64,000 nucleotides of DNA from Candidatus Thermosaccharophagus tengchongensis. GTDB lineage: Bacteria > Armatimonadota > Fervidibacteria > Fervidibacterales > Thermosaccharophagaceae. A program made the position numbers and the translations under genes. The stretch is from assembly GCA_032161105.1 (NCBI GenBank), contig JAVHTD010000002.1. One strand, written 5' to 3'. Positions 1-10,996 of this stretch are shown one piece after another. The notes under the pieces are model-generated. The model ran no database searches. It saw only the letters and a program-made list of their open reading frames with translations, and was not told the origin of the DNA. How positions within the stretch are numbered: position 1 is the stretch's first letter; each line of letters begins with the position of its first letter.

Positions 1-2
1 AA

Positions 3-317
3 ATTAACGGCACAGATACAGGTAGCGTCTTCTTTGAGTATGGCGGGACGCCGCGAAAAATCTACGCTGCAGTCTCAACGATGGCAAACTTGCTTCCGCC
101 AGAGGCAAAATTTGAACGCGTTGAGAGCCTCGGGGACGGCGTTGTCGCTTACTGGTTCGGGAATGGGCAGAAGCGCATCGGCGTTGCGTGGGCTAAAGAT
201 GGTGGCACACATCGCATTGAATTACCGAGTAGATTTCGCGCTCTTGACATCATGGGCAACCAAATTGCTGGCGATAAGGTTGTGGTCAATTGGGTGCCGA
301 TTTATTTGGCACAATAG
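3..317 (+). CDS. Hypothetical protein, C-terminal part (5'-truncated by window edge)
   Basis: The frame of ORF 81..317 is open from position 3 (INGTDTGSVFFEYGGTPRKIYAAVSTMANLL...). The ending 'ALDIMGN...PIYL' resembles beta-sandwich tails of glycoside-hydrolase-like proteins. Confidence 0.6.
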   Translation: MNGTDTGSVFFEYGGTPRKIYAAVSTMANLLPPEAKFERVESLGDGVVAYWFGNGQKRIGVAWAKDGGTHRIELPSRFRALDIMGNQIAGDKVVVNWVPIYLAQ

Positions 318-432
318 GCGACAAAATTGGCAAAATCTAATTGTAGTGCTCAGAAATTGATGGGCTATTGTCTATCCCCGACTTAGCGCGCTTGCAATGC
401 TCACGGTGAAATTTTGTAAGGGGGTGAAGCCG

Positions 433-1542
433 ATGAGGCTTAATGTGGCAGTTGTTGGGCTCGGATTTGGGCAAGTATTTGCGAGGATTTTCAATGATCA
501 TCCCGAATGTGAACTTATCTGCGTTGCCGATTTGAACGAGGATATAGCCGTAAATGTAGCCCAAAAACTCGGCGTTAAAAGGGTGGCAAAGTCCTTGGAT
601 GAAGTTCTTACCATGAAGGATGTGGATGCAGTGGCAATATTCACGCATGCCCCAAGACATGCGGAACACTCAATTTCGGCGTTAAATGCTGGGAAACATG
701 TCCTTTGCGCAGTGCCAGCGGCGATAACAATTGATGAATGTGAGCAACTAATTGATACTGTCAAGAGAACTGGTCTCATTTATGCTAATGCCGAGACAAG
801 TTACTTTCGCCCAGAGACAGCACAGTGCAGGAAATGGTATAATGAGGGTAAATTTGGCAAAATCGTTTACATGGAAGCCGAGTATTTGCATGATTACGGA
901 CCAAAAGGCATCGGTGCATTGAGTCCAAAAGAATTTGCAGGGCATCATTGGAGGCATGGCTTTCCCCCATTCCTTTACATCACACATTCAACCGGATTTT
1001 TGCTCGGAATAACCGGGAAAAGGCTCATTGAGGTCACGGCATATCCGGTTGGGATACCGGGAGATGAAGTGTTTAGAAGTGACACATATTGGCAATGCCC
1101 GTTTGGAAATGCTGTGGCGCTTTTTAAAACAAGTGATGGAATCCCTGTCAGGATAATGGAGATGAGGCGTGTGGCATACAGTGTTGTTGAAAAGTTCTCA
1201 ATTTATGGGCAAAATATGAGTGTTGTATCGCCGAGGCATGAATATTGGGAGAAGAGCTATGTCATTTTTGAGCGAAAAGAGGATGGAACTGTTGGGGAAC
1301 CGACCCCGTTTTACCCAAATAGGCTATATGACCAGTTGCCGGATGAACTTGTCAAATACACATACGGCGGACATGGCGGCTCACACCCATACATTGTTGA
1401 GGATTTTGTTCGCTCAATTGTTGACGGAAGGAAACCGCAGGTTGATGTCTATAAGGCAGTGGCGTTTTGCGCTCCGGGAATAGTTGCCCATCAATCTTGT
1501 CTAAAAGAGGGAGAAAAACTGAAGATCCCGCAGTTTGATTGA
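433..1542 (+). CDS. Gfo/Idh/MocA family NAD(P)-dependent oxidoreductase
   Basis: N-terminal Rossmann VAVVGLGFG; 'HAEHSISALNAGKHVLC'; C-terminal GHGGSH. Start set at ATG 433 behind a GGGGTGA SD. Confidence 0.9.
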   Translation: MRLNVAVVGLGFGQVFARIFNDHPECELICVADLNEDIAVNVAQKLGVKRVAKSLDEVLTMKDVDAVAIFTHAPRHAEHSISALNAGKHVLCAVPAAITIDECEQLIDTVKRTGLIYANAETSYFRPETAQCRKWYNEGKFGKIVYMEAEYLHDYGPKGIGALSPKEFAGHHWRHGFPPFLYITHSTGFLLGITGKRLIEVTAYPVGIPGDEVFRSDTYWQCPFGNAVALFKTSDGIPVRIMEMRRVAYSVVEKFSIYGQNMSVVSPRHEYWEKSYVIFERKEDGTVGEPTPFYPNRLYDQLPDELVKYTYGGHGGSHPYIVEDFVRSIVDGRKPQVDVYKAVAFCAPGIVAHQSCLKEGEKLKIPQFD

Positions 1543-1560
1543 ACTTGCAATGCTTTTGAG

Positions 1561-1612
1561 TTGCATTTCATGAGGGCACTGAAGGTTGCGAGTATGGGCG
1601 TATGAAATGCAA
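1561..1612. repeat. Intergenic 11-bp perfect inverted repeat (30-nt loop)
   Basis: ttgcatttcat (1561-1571) and atgaaatgcaa (1602-1612). Confidence 0.5.
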
Positions 1613-1715
1613 TGAGGGGCAGATTTTGGCGGGGATGTTCATGTTGCTGATCCAGTTGCGATTACCATTCAAGTCACGGCATATGTAGGCAGGATTTAGT
1701 CACGAGGTGAGTGAG

Positions 1716-3140
1716 ATGCGCGTGTTTGGATTGGCGAATTTTCTCAATAAAAGTGAGGAGGATTCAATCCACCTGACGATGTTAAAGATACTTGACGAAG
1801 TTGGTGTAATTGTTGAGGATGATGAAATTATTGACAGACTTGGGGAATTTGGGGCAAGAGTTGACAGGAATTTGGGGAAAGTTTCATTCTACCCGCAATT
1901 CGTTGAACAGTTTATAGCCGAATCCGAAAAGTTTGACTGGAAATCAATCAGACCCGGAGTAAGCGGGCATGCTGGGGTTTATTTCGGCTATTATCTTGAC
2001 CCAGAAACTGACGATTTTAAGCCATGGACTGTGAGGGATTTGCTTCGTTACATGAAGGTTGCACACTACTTGCCAAATACTTCTGGCAGTATTTCTTATG
2101 CCTTCCCAATTGATGCCGTTCCGGATGAGGCACTCGTCCCGTTTTTTCACTACCTTTCGCTCAAATTTGTTGGGAGAAGTGCGGCATCGCTGAACAACAT
2201 TCGCTGGTGTCCGATTGTCCTCGAAATGTGTGGGGAGTTTTCTGGGGAAACTGGCGTGCCAATTGGGCAAGTTTTTTGCGGTCATGTTCACCTGATTTCG
2301 CCGCTCAAGTTCGGGCGTGAGGAGGCAAAAATTTTCAAATTTTTTGCAAAAATTGGCATAAGAGTTGGCGTTGGAAATATGAGCTCCGCAGGTGGAACAG
2401 CACCAGTGACGCTGGCAGGCGCGATCTCAATTCACCTTGCTCAAGCCATGTTCATTAATATCCTCAATCGTGCCTATTTTGGTGACAAAAAGCTTTACAT
2501 TGGCTGCTCAATTTCGCCGCTTGATATGAGCACAGGGATGTATCCTTACGGGAGACCGGAAAAGGAGATTTGCAATGTCATCACGGCTCAAATGGCAAGG
2601 AGATATGGGGCATATTATGGCGGTCATACTGGGCATTCTGATGCAAAAAGACCGAGCGTTGAGTCTGGCTTTCAGAAAGCCCTAAATTCCATCCCGACTT
2701 TGATGGTTTGTGGCAGGGCATCAATCAATTGCGGTTTACTCTCGGTTGATGAAGTTTTCTCACCAATCCAAATGGTGATTGATGACGAAATTGTGAGCGC
2801 CTTGAATCGCTTCATCAATGGGTTTGAAATTAACGAAGAAACTCTGGCATTTGATGCCATAAAGCGGGTTGGCGCAGGTGGATGTTTCATTGACGATGAG
2901 CACACTGCGCGCTTCCACAGGAGTGAAATATGGCAGCCGAGGATTTTCACGAGGGATATGCTCCGTCCTTGGCGAGAAAAAGGGGCAAAAATTGACATTG
3001 AAGTTGCGAAGGAGATATGGGGCGACATAATGCGCCGTGAGCCATTGCCGCCGCGGATATCGCAATCGCTTGAGAAAAAATTGCTCGAAATTGTGGAAAG
3101 GAGTGTTGGAGTTAAGATTAAGCCAGTTGAGCCAGTTTGA
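1716..3140 (+). CDS. Trimethylamine:corrinoid methyltransferase (MttB) superfamily protein, non-pyrrolysine type
   Basis: N-terminal 'IHLTMLKILDEVGV', 'ISPLKF', 'GGTAPVTLAG', 'SDAKRPSVESGFQKA', 'QMVIDDEI', 'GAGGCFIDDEHT'. No in-frame TAG. Confidence 0.85.
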   Translation: MRVFGLANFLNKSEEDSIHLTMLKILDEVGVIVEDDEIIDRLGEFGARVDRNLGKVSFYPQFVEQFIAESEKFDWKSIRPGVSGHAGVYFGYYLDPETDDFKPWTVRDLLRYMKVAHYLPNTSGSISYAFPIDAVPDEALVPFFHYLSLKFVGRSAASLNNIRWCPIVLEMCGEFSGETGVPIGQVFCGHVHLISPLKFGREEAKIFKFFAKIGIRVGVGNMSSAGGTAPVTLAGAISIHLAQAMFINILNRAYFGDKKLYIGCSISPLDMSTGMYPYGRPEKEICNVITAQMARRYGAYYGGHTGHSDAKRPSVESGFQKALNSIPTLMVCGRASINCGLLSVDEVFSPIQMVIDDEIVSALNRFINGFEINEETLAFDAIKRVGAGGCFIDDEHTARFHRSEIWQPRIFTRDMLRPWREKGAKIDIEVAKEIWGDIMRREPLPPRISQSLEKKLLEIVERSVGVKIKPVEPV

Positions 3141-3188
3141 CTGAGCGCTTCGCATTTTAGCTCGTTGGGACACCATTGAGCGTTACCA

Positions 3189-4451
3189 TCAGCTGTAATT
3201 TGATTGCCTTTCGTCCAAGCCATACAATCTCGCTGGATTCTCGTAGAACCACAATCTCACAAGCCACAGCGCTTCGTTTAAGTCCAATCTTCCGTCATCT
3301 ATCAGCTGAGCTAACGCGTGAGCAATGTTTTCGCGAGCCATGACGAGATGCCCCCAAACTTTTTCAAGCGCCGGTGCGCTATAATCGCCACCAAATGCGA
3401 TGATTTTGTTGACTGGAACGATGTCAATGTATTCTGGTAGCGAGGTGCGAACCATCATTGGCGAAACGATGTGAGACCAGCAAAGATTGAGGTAGACATT
3501 CGGGAAGTTTTTGCCGATGAAAGCAGCATCTCGAACCCAGGGCATCCCCATGTGGTAAAGGTCAAACTTGGTTTCTGGATGTCTTGAAAATTGTGGAATC
3601 ATCAATCTCGGGTCAAGTCGCCTGAAATCGCCCCAAACGCCGGAGTGAACAGCAATTACTAAGTCCAATTCAGCACACAACTTGAAAGTCTCCTCAGTCA
3701 AGAAAAGGTTCAAGTCGTTTCTATCCTCCTCCGATGCATTCCCGTTCATGATGGCTTTAAACGCCTCTTCCGCTCTTTGACGAGTCGGTGGCGGTTCCTT
3801 TCGTGGCAAGGCGCTCGTTTTAAGCCCGACGACTCGCTCGTTTTGCTTCCAAGTCTCAAGCCTTTGTTTCATCCATGCGAGATAGTCATCAAGTGTGTTG
3901 ATGGTCATGTTCAAACTTGCTCCGCGCCTCTCAACTTCTTCACGAGACCTCACAAGCGCGACAAAATCAAGGGGCAAAATTGGGATGAGGAATGGCTCGG
4001 TGTAGTCAGTGCGTCCTGCTTGGGTGAGCGCAAACTTGGCTTTGCACTTTTCAACCAAAATCTTGCGGTATATTCCCGGCTTGTTCACCTCAGCCATCTT
4101 CTCGGAAATCTCACGGTAGTTTTGGCGGTTGATTTCGCTGTAACCGTAAATGTCGCGCAAAGCTATGAAAACGGGACGAGCGTATGACCCAAAGCGAATG
4201 AAGGGCAGGAAGCGCTCAAGGATGTTAAAGCGCTCGTCAAGCGGGATTTCGGGATTGAGCATCCGTTCATACTCGGTTGATGTCATGCCCGCAGAGATGA
4301 GGTCGTTGCGTGTGTAATGCGAAAAGAGGAAGCAAACATCAACCTTCAGTTTCAACCGCTCGCTTTCTGGCGGCAAGTGTTCGTGTGCGTCTATGATCTC
4401 CAGTTCTTCCATCCGCTCCATCAGTTGCTCCACGAGTTTATGGTGCGCCAT
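3189..4451 (-). CDS. Amidohydrolase family protein (uronate-isomerase-like TIM barrel)
   Basis: Metal-binding 'IIDAHEHL', 'VHSG', 'DLYHMGMPW', 'FGGDY' and C-terminal 'ENPARLY'. Start at ATG 4451 behind GAGGTGA. Confidence 0.85.
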   Translation of the reverse strand: MAHHKLVEQLMERMEELEIIDAHEHLPPESERLKLKVDVCFLFSHYTRNDLISAGMTSTEYERMLNPEIPLDERFNILERFLPFIRFGSYARPVFIALRDIYGYSEINRQNYREISEKMAEVNKPGIYRKILVEKCKAKFALTQAGRTDYTEPFLIPILPLDFVALVRSREEVERRGASLNMTINTLDDYLAWMKQRLETWKQNERVVGLKTSALPRKEPPPTRQRAEEAFKAIMNGNASEEDRNDLNLFLTEETFKLCAELDLVIAVHSGVWGDFRRLDPRLMIPQFSRHPETKFDLYHMGMPWVRDAAFIGKNFPNVYLNLCWSHIVSPMMVRTSLPEYIDIVPVNKIIAFGGDYSAPALEKVWGHLVMARENIAHALAQLIDDGRLDLNEALWLVRLWFYENPARLYGLDERQSNYS

Positions 4452-4727
4452 CGTTATCACCTCGCAAAGAAGAATAAGGTAAGCCGCTTGGGAAACTCAT
4501 TGGCGATTGCGCCAACTAAGTAGTCCTGCATTACCGGCGAGTCGCTTAAAAGTTTACGCAAGTGGGGTGAGTTGTTAAATGCAAACGAATCGGTTGGCGG
4601 CGTTCTAACGACGCTGCGTTTTTCGCGCATAGTCATCAGGGTCGCACCAGCATTGTGCATCAAGTGCGTTATAAATTATGGTTTCGGTGCGAAGCAAATT
4701 TCCACTTGAGTGGTGAGGTGAATTGGC

Positions 4728-7442
4728 ATGAAGTTGCCGTGGTTGAAGTGGAGCGTGGCGTTGTCGTTGTTGTCTTTGACGATGGGCATGACTTTGCTCG
4801 GTCTGCGACAGTTAAGTTGCCAGGTGGCGAAACCGCAAAAGTTGGCAATCTCACAGCTCGTTTGGGTTTGGTGGGAGGCTGAAAAACCTGTTGCAACTAA
4901 CTTCCCACCGCCTGAGCGCAATCCGTTTGCTCCGCTAAATGAGCGTGAGGCTGCTGTCTTATCTGAGGGTCGTTGGATCGGCATTACGGGCAAATACACC
5001 CAAACGCCGTTTTTGGAATATGAGGTCACTGTCCCGCAGACTGATGAATATCACTTTTTCATCCGCAAATTCTGGAAGCACGGTCCATTCAGGTGGCGCT
5101 TTGATGACCAACCATGGCGGGAAATCCCATTTGAAGTTTCGCTGCTTGATAGAGAGGAGTTGCGCACATTTATTGAAGCCAATTGGATTTACGCAGGTCA
5201 AGTCCGCTTAACCGTTGGTAAGCACAATTTGCGCATTGAGCAGACCGCAAATGAGGGTGCAGCTTCCTATGATTGCTTTTTGCTCATCAACCGCCTGTGG
5301 ATTCCGAAGGGCAAAATCAAGCCGAACGAAAAAATGCAACTTGAGGTTGCAGGTTGGTTTGCCTTTGACCCCGACGCCGACAATTTTGAGTCATCGCCGA
5401 TTGATCTTCGCCCGCTTAACGAGAAGTTTGCTGGTGAGAAAGGATTCATCACTGTAAAGGGCGACCAATTCATTCATAGCAAGACAGGCGAGCCCGTTCG
5501 CTTCTGGGGTGTCAATGCTGGTCCTGACATCGTGCGTTTGCCAAAGCCATTCGTTGATTACCTTGCGCGCCACTTGGCAAAGCTTGGTGTGAATATCGTT
5601 CGTGTGCACGGAAGCGTTTGGCGCCGTGACAATATACGCAGTATTGACGCCGAATACCTTGACAAGTTGTTTTACTTCATTGCAGCGATGAAGCGAGAGG
5701 GCATTTATACGGGTCTTTCTGTTTACTTCCCGCTGTGGCTTCGTCTGTCGGAGCAGCGTGATGGCTTTTCCGGCTACAAAGACCAACACCCATTTGCACT
5801 GTTGTTTTTCAACCGCGAGTTTCAAGACATCTACAAAGGTTGGTGGCGATCGCTCTTAACAACTTCAAACCCATACACCGGTGTTCCATTGTGCCGTGAA
5901 CCCGCTGTAGCTTATGTTGAGCTCGTCAACGAAGACAGCTATCTATTTTGGACATTCAACTACGACAATGTGCCGGCACCGCAAATGGAGCAGCTTGAGC
6001 GCGAATTTGCCGAGTGGTTGGAACGAAAGTATGGTTCATTGGATGAGACGCTGAAGGCTTGGAAGGGACGCAAGCACAAACGCGATGACTTCTCCCAAAG
6101 GCGGGTTGGCTTTGTGCACCTTTGGGAAATCTTTAACCAGCGCGATAAGCGCTGCCAAGACACCGCTGAGTTTCTGGCAAAGCATCAGCGAGATTTCTTT
6201 GATGCGATGGTGAAGTTCATCAAGGGCGAACTCGGATACAAAGGTTTGGTTGTCTGTTCCAACTGGATCACAGCTGATGAGCGAACACTTGGACCGCTGG
6301 ATAAGTGGAGCAACTTAGTCGGTGACTTCATGGACAGGCATGGTTACTTTGGCGGACCGCATAAAGGCGAAAGGGCTGGATGGGCAATCAGTGTCGGTGA
6401 CCTTTACAGTGACCGAACTGCATTGACTTTACCGCAGCGGGAGAAATCCTTCTCATTGCCGGTCATGGACATTTGTTACAGCGGGAAGCCATCCATCATT
6501 AGCGAAGTCAACTGGACGCCGCCAAATCGTTTCCGAGCCGAGTTTCCCATTCTGTGCGCTTCATACGGTGCGCTTCAGGGCAGCGATGGCTTTTTCTTCT
6601 TCGCGCTCAGCGGACCATTCTGGCAACGGACATTGAGCAAGTTCGCCATACAAACTCCGACAGTGATGGGGCAGTTCCCAGCTTGCGCATTGATGTATCG
6701 CAAGGGCTTGCTCAAGACCGCTGATGCAGTGGTTAAGGTTGAGACGAGTTTGGCGGATTTGTTTGCCCTCAAAGGCGTGCCGGTGAGAGCCCCGATTAAT
6801 CTTGACGAGTTGCGCACAAAGGACATCCCGCCAGGTGGCAGGGTGAAAGTGGAGCAGCTTTCATCCATTGACCCGCTGGCATTCTTTGTCGGACGAATCA
6901 TGTTGAACATCAGCGAGCAAGGTGGCGCATCTGAAGTTGCTGATTTGTCACGCTTCATAGACCGTGACCGCCAAACTGTAACGAGCGCAACGGGAGAATT
7001 GGTTTGGGACTATGGGCGAGGCATATTGCTTTTGAGGGGTCAAATGGTGCAAGGCGCCGTTGGCTTCCTTAGCAGGCTTAACCGCATTGAGCTCCCAGAT
7101 GTCACCGCCAAACTTGATTGCGATTATGGAGCTATTCTCGTTGTGACGATGGATGACCATCCCATACGCACTTCCCGCAAGGTGTTGGTGCAAGTTGTGA
7201 CCGAAGAGCAGAACAACGGTTGGCAGACGGAACTACAGGGCGAGCTGTTCAGGATTGTCCAGTTGGGCGGAGCACCGCTGCTGGTGCGCCAATGCACTGG
7301 CGAGTTAGCGTTCAATCGTCCCGATGCTTCACGATGCCGAGTGACTGCATTGGATGCCAATGGCTACCCATTCAAAGTTTTCAGCAACGCTGCTCGCATC
7401 TCCATTCTCCCGGGAACGATTTACTACCTGATCACGCCTTAA
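4728..7442 (+). CDS. Secreted glycoside hydrolase, clan-A/GH5-like, with N-terminal CBM-like domain
   Basis: Signal peptide; 'VRFWGVN', 'GVNIVRVH', acid/base 'ELVNEDS', 'DRHGY', nucleophile-like 'IISEVN'. Confidence 0.7.
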   Translation: MKLPWLKWSVALSLLSLTMGMTLLGLRQLSCQVAKPQKLAISQLVWVWWEAEKPVATNFPPPERNPFAPLNEREAAVLSEGRWIGITGKYTQTPFLEYEVTVPQTDEYHFFIRKFWKHGPFRWRFDDQPWREIPFEVSLLDREELRTFIEANWIYAGQVRLTVGKHNLRIEQTANEGAASYDCFLLINRLWIPKGKIKPNEKMQLEVAGWFAFDPDADNFESSPIDLRPLNEKFAGEKGFITVKGDQFIHSKTGEPVRFWGVNAGPDIVRLPKPFVDYLARHLAKLGVNIVRVHGSVWRRDNIRSIDAEYLDKLFYFIAAMKREGIYTGLSVYFPLWLRLSEQRDGFSGYKDQHPFALLFFNREFQDIYKGWWRSLLTTSNPYTGVPLCREPAVAYVELVNEDSYLFWTFNYDNVPAPQMEQLEREFAEWLERKYGSLDETLKAWKGRKHKRDDFSQRRVGFVHLWEIFNQRDKRCQDTAEFLAKHQRDFFDAMVKFIKGELGYKGLVVCSNWITADERTLGPLDKWSNLVGDFMDRHGYFGGPHKGERAGWAISVGDLYSDRTALTLPQREKSFSLPVMDICYSGKPSIISEVNWTPPNRFRAEFPILCASYGALQGSDGFFFFALSGPFWQRTLSKFAIQTPTVMGQFPACALMYRKGLLKTADAVVKVETSLADLFALKGVPVRAPINLDELRTKDIPPGGRVKVEQLSSIDPLAFFVGRIMLNISEQGGASEVADLSRFIDRDRQTVTSATGELVWDYGRGILLLRGQMVQGAVGFLSRLNRIELPDVTAKLDCDYGAILVVTMDDHPIRTSRKVLVQVVTEEQNNGWQTELQGELFRIVQLGGAPLLVRQCTGELAFNRPDASRCRVTALDANGYPFKVFSNAARISILPGTIYYLITP

Positions 7443-7651
7443 GTGCCCACTCGGTTTCAAAGACGGGAACTTGAAATCTATGAGGGCGCAGAGTAAGCGC
7501 TGCTAAGATGCGAGCATGAAATGCCGCTTCAATGATGCCGTGCGGCTCATCGTGGCAGGGTCTGCGCGTTGAGTGGACGGATGTAAAGCCGTCGCGATTG
7601 ATGCGAATCACATTCATCGCGCTTTTGGCTAATGCTGTGGATGGTGCTGAT

Positions 7652-10600
7652 TTACCTCTTGCCCTTGAACTTGAGCGATGCAACCAGCGTTTGTTTGGCT
7701 TTCAATGTTGCTGGCTTATGCAGGGTTATAATGACATCGGTGCCGCGTTGATTGAATGAGGCATTGAGCTGTTTGCCGTCAACCTGTATTGAGATGTTGC
7801 TCACCACACTGTTTTCTGGGACGGCGAATTCTAACTCCCTCACATCCAAGATGCCCCGCTTGACTTCAATCTTGCAGGTTTGCGTTGCTGCAGTGCGCTT
7901 CTGCGAAAACACTCCCCAACCTTGAGCGGCTGTGAAAAATGAGACATGCTCATCTGGAGACCAGTTTGGCTTAAATCCGATTTTGCCCGACGGGAAGTCA
8001 AAGATGAACCCCTGGCATGCGATCAACATCCCCCAGATGCTCATTGCCCTCGCATAGAACCTGCCACATTCATCATCGCCGAATGGGTTGCCACTCGGTA
8101 TAGCCAAGTTCGGGCGAAGGCGCCCATCGTAACGCTCATAGACTGCACGCACAACCATCAGCCCCTCTTTGAGCATGCCCGCATAAACCATCGTTGCAGC
8201 AGCTGCGTATTCAAAGCCTGACATGACTTCATCAGCATACCTTGTATGTGGTGTCGGTCGCCCACCCATCACCCATGTTATCATTTGCATTCCTGCATCA
8301 TCGTCTTCGGCGAACTTCCTCGGGTGTTGGATGATCCCTCTGAAGTTGTCACGGAAATTGTAAAGCAGCAACGCTTGCAGAGCCTTCCTCACTCTATCCC
8401 TCGGATACACCCAACCTAAGTTGAGCAAGTGTGCCCACCACTGCCCGAGGACTTGGTCAATGTGACAGCCATTGCCGTAGTCTTCCTTCTGCGGTTGCTC
8501 CGGCAGTTGAATGTAGTGTTCGCCGTTCCATAGCTTTTCATTCTGGTTTTTTGCGCCGACTTCAAATATGCGCCTGTAGCGTGTTGCCGCATCCGCATCT
8601 CCAAGGAGCTTTGCCATATTCTCGCACGCCAAAAGCGCTGCAAGGTAAAGCGAGCCGAGCCATGAAGTTGTCCCAGTGACTTCGCCATCAAGCGTGTTAT
8701 GCTGCTCGCCTGAGAGCATGCCATCTTCGTTTCTGTCCCATTGCGAGATAACGAATTCCATGGCTCGCTTTATCTTTGCCCAATTAGCCTTCAGCCATTC
8801 ATCAGATGCGCTCATCAAGTGTTCGCGGTATGCCTCAAGTATCTCGCCAAGCTGCCCGTCACATGCAGTGCCATGCCTCGGTTGACGAAAAGGTATGCTC
8901 CCGTCATCCCGTTGAAAACCGAGCGCCTGTTCACGCATCCTTCTGGCTATGTCTGGGAAGAGGAAAGCATGAGCTTGCGCATAATGCCACACATGCGCGC
9001 AATTGCCAAAGCAACATCCACCGCCGGGATTGAACCCCTCCCATCCGCCAAAGTATCCATCCTTGCCCCAAAAGCAAGTCTTGCTGCGCAACACGCTCAC
9101 TTGAGAACTTAACCTGTCAATCAACCAGCGCGGCAGGTTTGATGAGTAAAGGGCATCGTGATAAAGCCTCGTCAAACTCGTTAGCTCGCTCAAGCGCCTT
9201 ATGACCTCATCTGAGACTTTAATGGCATCCTCCCACCAGTTCGCATACATGTTTCCTTTGCTCACCCAACCAGCTCGCTCATCGCCGTGAATCGCATTCG
9301 GGAAGTGCCATGCGATGATGAATGTGATCGTGCGTTCCTCTTTTGGCTTCAACTTTACCGAAGTGGATATTGCACCGTCCACTGTCTCACCCTTCTCAGT
9401 TGGACCTGCTTCCGCTGGACCTGCAAGCCTCCCATCGTCAAGAAAGTCATCGTGAAGTGCGTCTAAGCTCTCCCACGATGCCGTTGCGGTCGCGTCATCG
9501 GAGATGGCTATGAGAGCCATGTCTCCATATGTTGGCTCATCTTTGCTCAGAGTGCTCGTCATGTGAATGAGCGTTGCGCCATTGGAATGCACGACTCTGT
9601 TTTTGTTCCCACCGTAGCCCTCAAATGAACGCCCACTTATCTTGCCGATGCCGCCATAGCCGACAGCGTTCTGAAGTGATGCGAGCACGGAGACCTCAAC
9701 TGCCTCGTTGCTCGCGTTCACCATTGTGAAGTTGAAGATGGCGCACGGCATTGACGAATCTCTCGTCTCAAGCGGTATGAGCGGGTTGAATGCCTCCATT
9801 GTGACTTTGACGCCGATGTCGTCCTCAAACATCCACCATCCAAATGGATACTCGCCGCTGAACTTCACATCCCTCATGCCTCTAAACGGTCCGATGTCTC
9901 GTGTCTGCAGCGCCCTCACTTTTGGCTCACCATTGCGAGTCGCAACTCGTATGGCGAAGAATGAGTGCGGCAAGTTGGCATATGAGAAGTTGTTGAAGAT
10001 TTGCCATGCATACAATTCGCCATACCCGTTGATGTGGATGACGCCTGTTCCTATGCCGCCAACTGGAAAACTGATCCCTGTGAGGTTCTCACCGCTGTAG
10101 ATCCTCCGCTCACCTCGCTCGGTCAACTTCGCGTCGCTCAATCGCCTTTTTAGCATCTCCCTTTGCGACTCAATGAACCTCTTTCGCCGCTCATCAATCA
10201 ACCTCAAAAGCTCATTGCGCCTGTCATCAAAGCCGGCAGCCTTTATGTGTTCTGCGATTTCCCGCTCATTGAGCAAGGCGCCATATATTGCAACCTCATC
10301 AATGGCGCATGGGAATTGCTCATTGCCGTCAAGCTGTGATGCGCCAATTTGCAGCGGCAACCCATTCAATGCGACATTGAACGGTCCGCACTCCATTCCG
10401 CCATCAATGACATCGCATCGGACTCCGTTGACGAAAACGGCGAGGTAACGCCCGCTGCCGCAAATGGCGAGGTGATACCACCTTCCGATTTGGATTGGCT
10501 CGTGAAGCAATGCGCGTGCAAGTGAGCGTCCATTCCATATGCCAAGCATATTCATGCCCTGCATCAGGTGGACGGAAAAGCGCGTCTTTGGGGATGTGCT

Positions 10601-10996
10601 TCGCTTTGCAATGATGCATGGGTTGTAACCCTTTGGCATGGCTAAGACTTGAAGGAAGAGTTCAACGCTCACCTCAGCAACATCAATGTGTGGTGTCTCG
10701 CCGAATGTGACGAAGCCACCCTTGTCAAATGCGACAGCCATGCCGCCTATCGGACCCTCGGTGAAGCGAATCTCGCCCTTTGCAACCCCGTTGGCTTTTC
10801 CGAGAGCGTCTTCCAAGTTCCCCTCCATGCGCCAATATGAAAGCAGCTTATCGTGCGACATCACAAGCTGCGAATAAGCCTGTGCTCCACCCATAGGATG
10901 ACCCACCTCCGGTGCGCACATTAGTGAAATTGTCATCACGAGGGACGCAAACAGCCAATGATGAACGCAAAACTGCACCCGACGGTTTGCCGCCAT
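7652..10996 (-). CDS. GH116 family glycoside hydrolase with N-terminal LamG-like jelly-roll domain
   Basis: LamG-like 'YWRMEG...WYHLA...IDEVAIY'; GH116 'FPVGGIGTG', 'GWEG...GNCAHVWHY', 'HNTLD', 'DQVLGQWWA', 'YARAMSIW'. Start set at ATG 10996. Confidence 0.85.
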   Translation of the reverse strand: MAANRRVQFCVHHWLFASLVMTISLMCAPEVGHPMGGAQAYSQLVMSHDKLLSYWRMEGNLEDALGKANGVAKGEIRFTEGPIGGMAVAFDKGGFVTFGETPHIDVAEVSVELFLQVLAMPKGYNPCIIAKRSTSPKTRFSVHLMQGMNMLGIWNGRSLARALLHEPIQIGRWYHLAICGSGRYLAVFVNGVRCDVIDGGMECGPFNVALNGLPLQIGASQLDGNEQFPCAIDEVAIYGALLNEREIAEHIKAAGFDDRRNELLRLIDERRKRFIESQREMLKRRLSDAKLTERGERRIYSGENLTGISFPVGGIGTGVIHINGYGELYAWQIFNNFSYANLPHSFFAIRVATRNGEPKVRALQTRDIGPFRGMRDVKFSGEYPFGWWMFEDDIGVKVTMEAFNPLIPLETRDSSMPCAIFNFTMVNASNEAVEVSVLASLQNAVGYGGIGKISGRSFEGYGGNKNRVVHSNGATLIHMTSTLSKDEPTYGDMALIAISDDATATASWESLDALHDDFLDDGRLAGPAEAGPTEKGETVDGAISTSVKLKPKEERTITFIIAWHFPNAIHGDERAGWVSKGNMYANWWEDAIKVSDEVIRRLSELTSLTRLYHDALYSSNLPRWLIDRLSSQVSVLRSKTCFWGKDGYFGGWEGFNPGGGCCFGNCAHVWHYAQAHAFLFPDIARRMREQALGFQRDDGSIPFRQPRHGTACDGQLGEILEAYREHLMSASDEWLKANWAKIKRAMEFVISQWDRNEDGMLSGEQHNTLDGEVTGTTSWLGSLYLAALLACENMAKLLGDADAATRYRRIFEVGAKNQNEKLWNGEHYIQLPEQPQKEDYGNGCHIDQVLGQWWAHLLNLGWVYPRDRVRKALQALLLYNFRDNFRGIIQHPRKFAEDDDAGMQMITWVMGGRPTPHTRYADEVMSGFEYAAAATMVYAGMLKEGLMVVRAVYERYDGRLRPNLAIPSGNPFGDDECGRFYARAMSIWGMLIACQGFIFDFPSGKIGFKPNWSPDEHVSFFTAAQGWGVFSQKRTAATQTCKIEVKRGILDVRELEFAVPENSVVSNISIQVDGKQLNASFNQRGTDVIITLHKPATLKAKQTLVASLKFKGKR

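Noticed and set aside
7451..7476. gtttcaaa...ttgaaat resembling a CRISPR repeat
   Set aside because: Single occurrence, no array and no cas genes.
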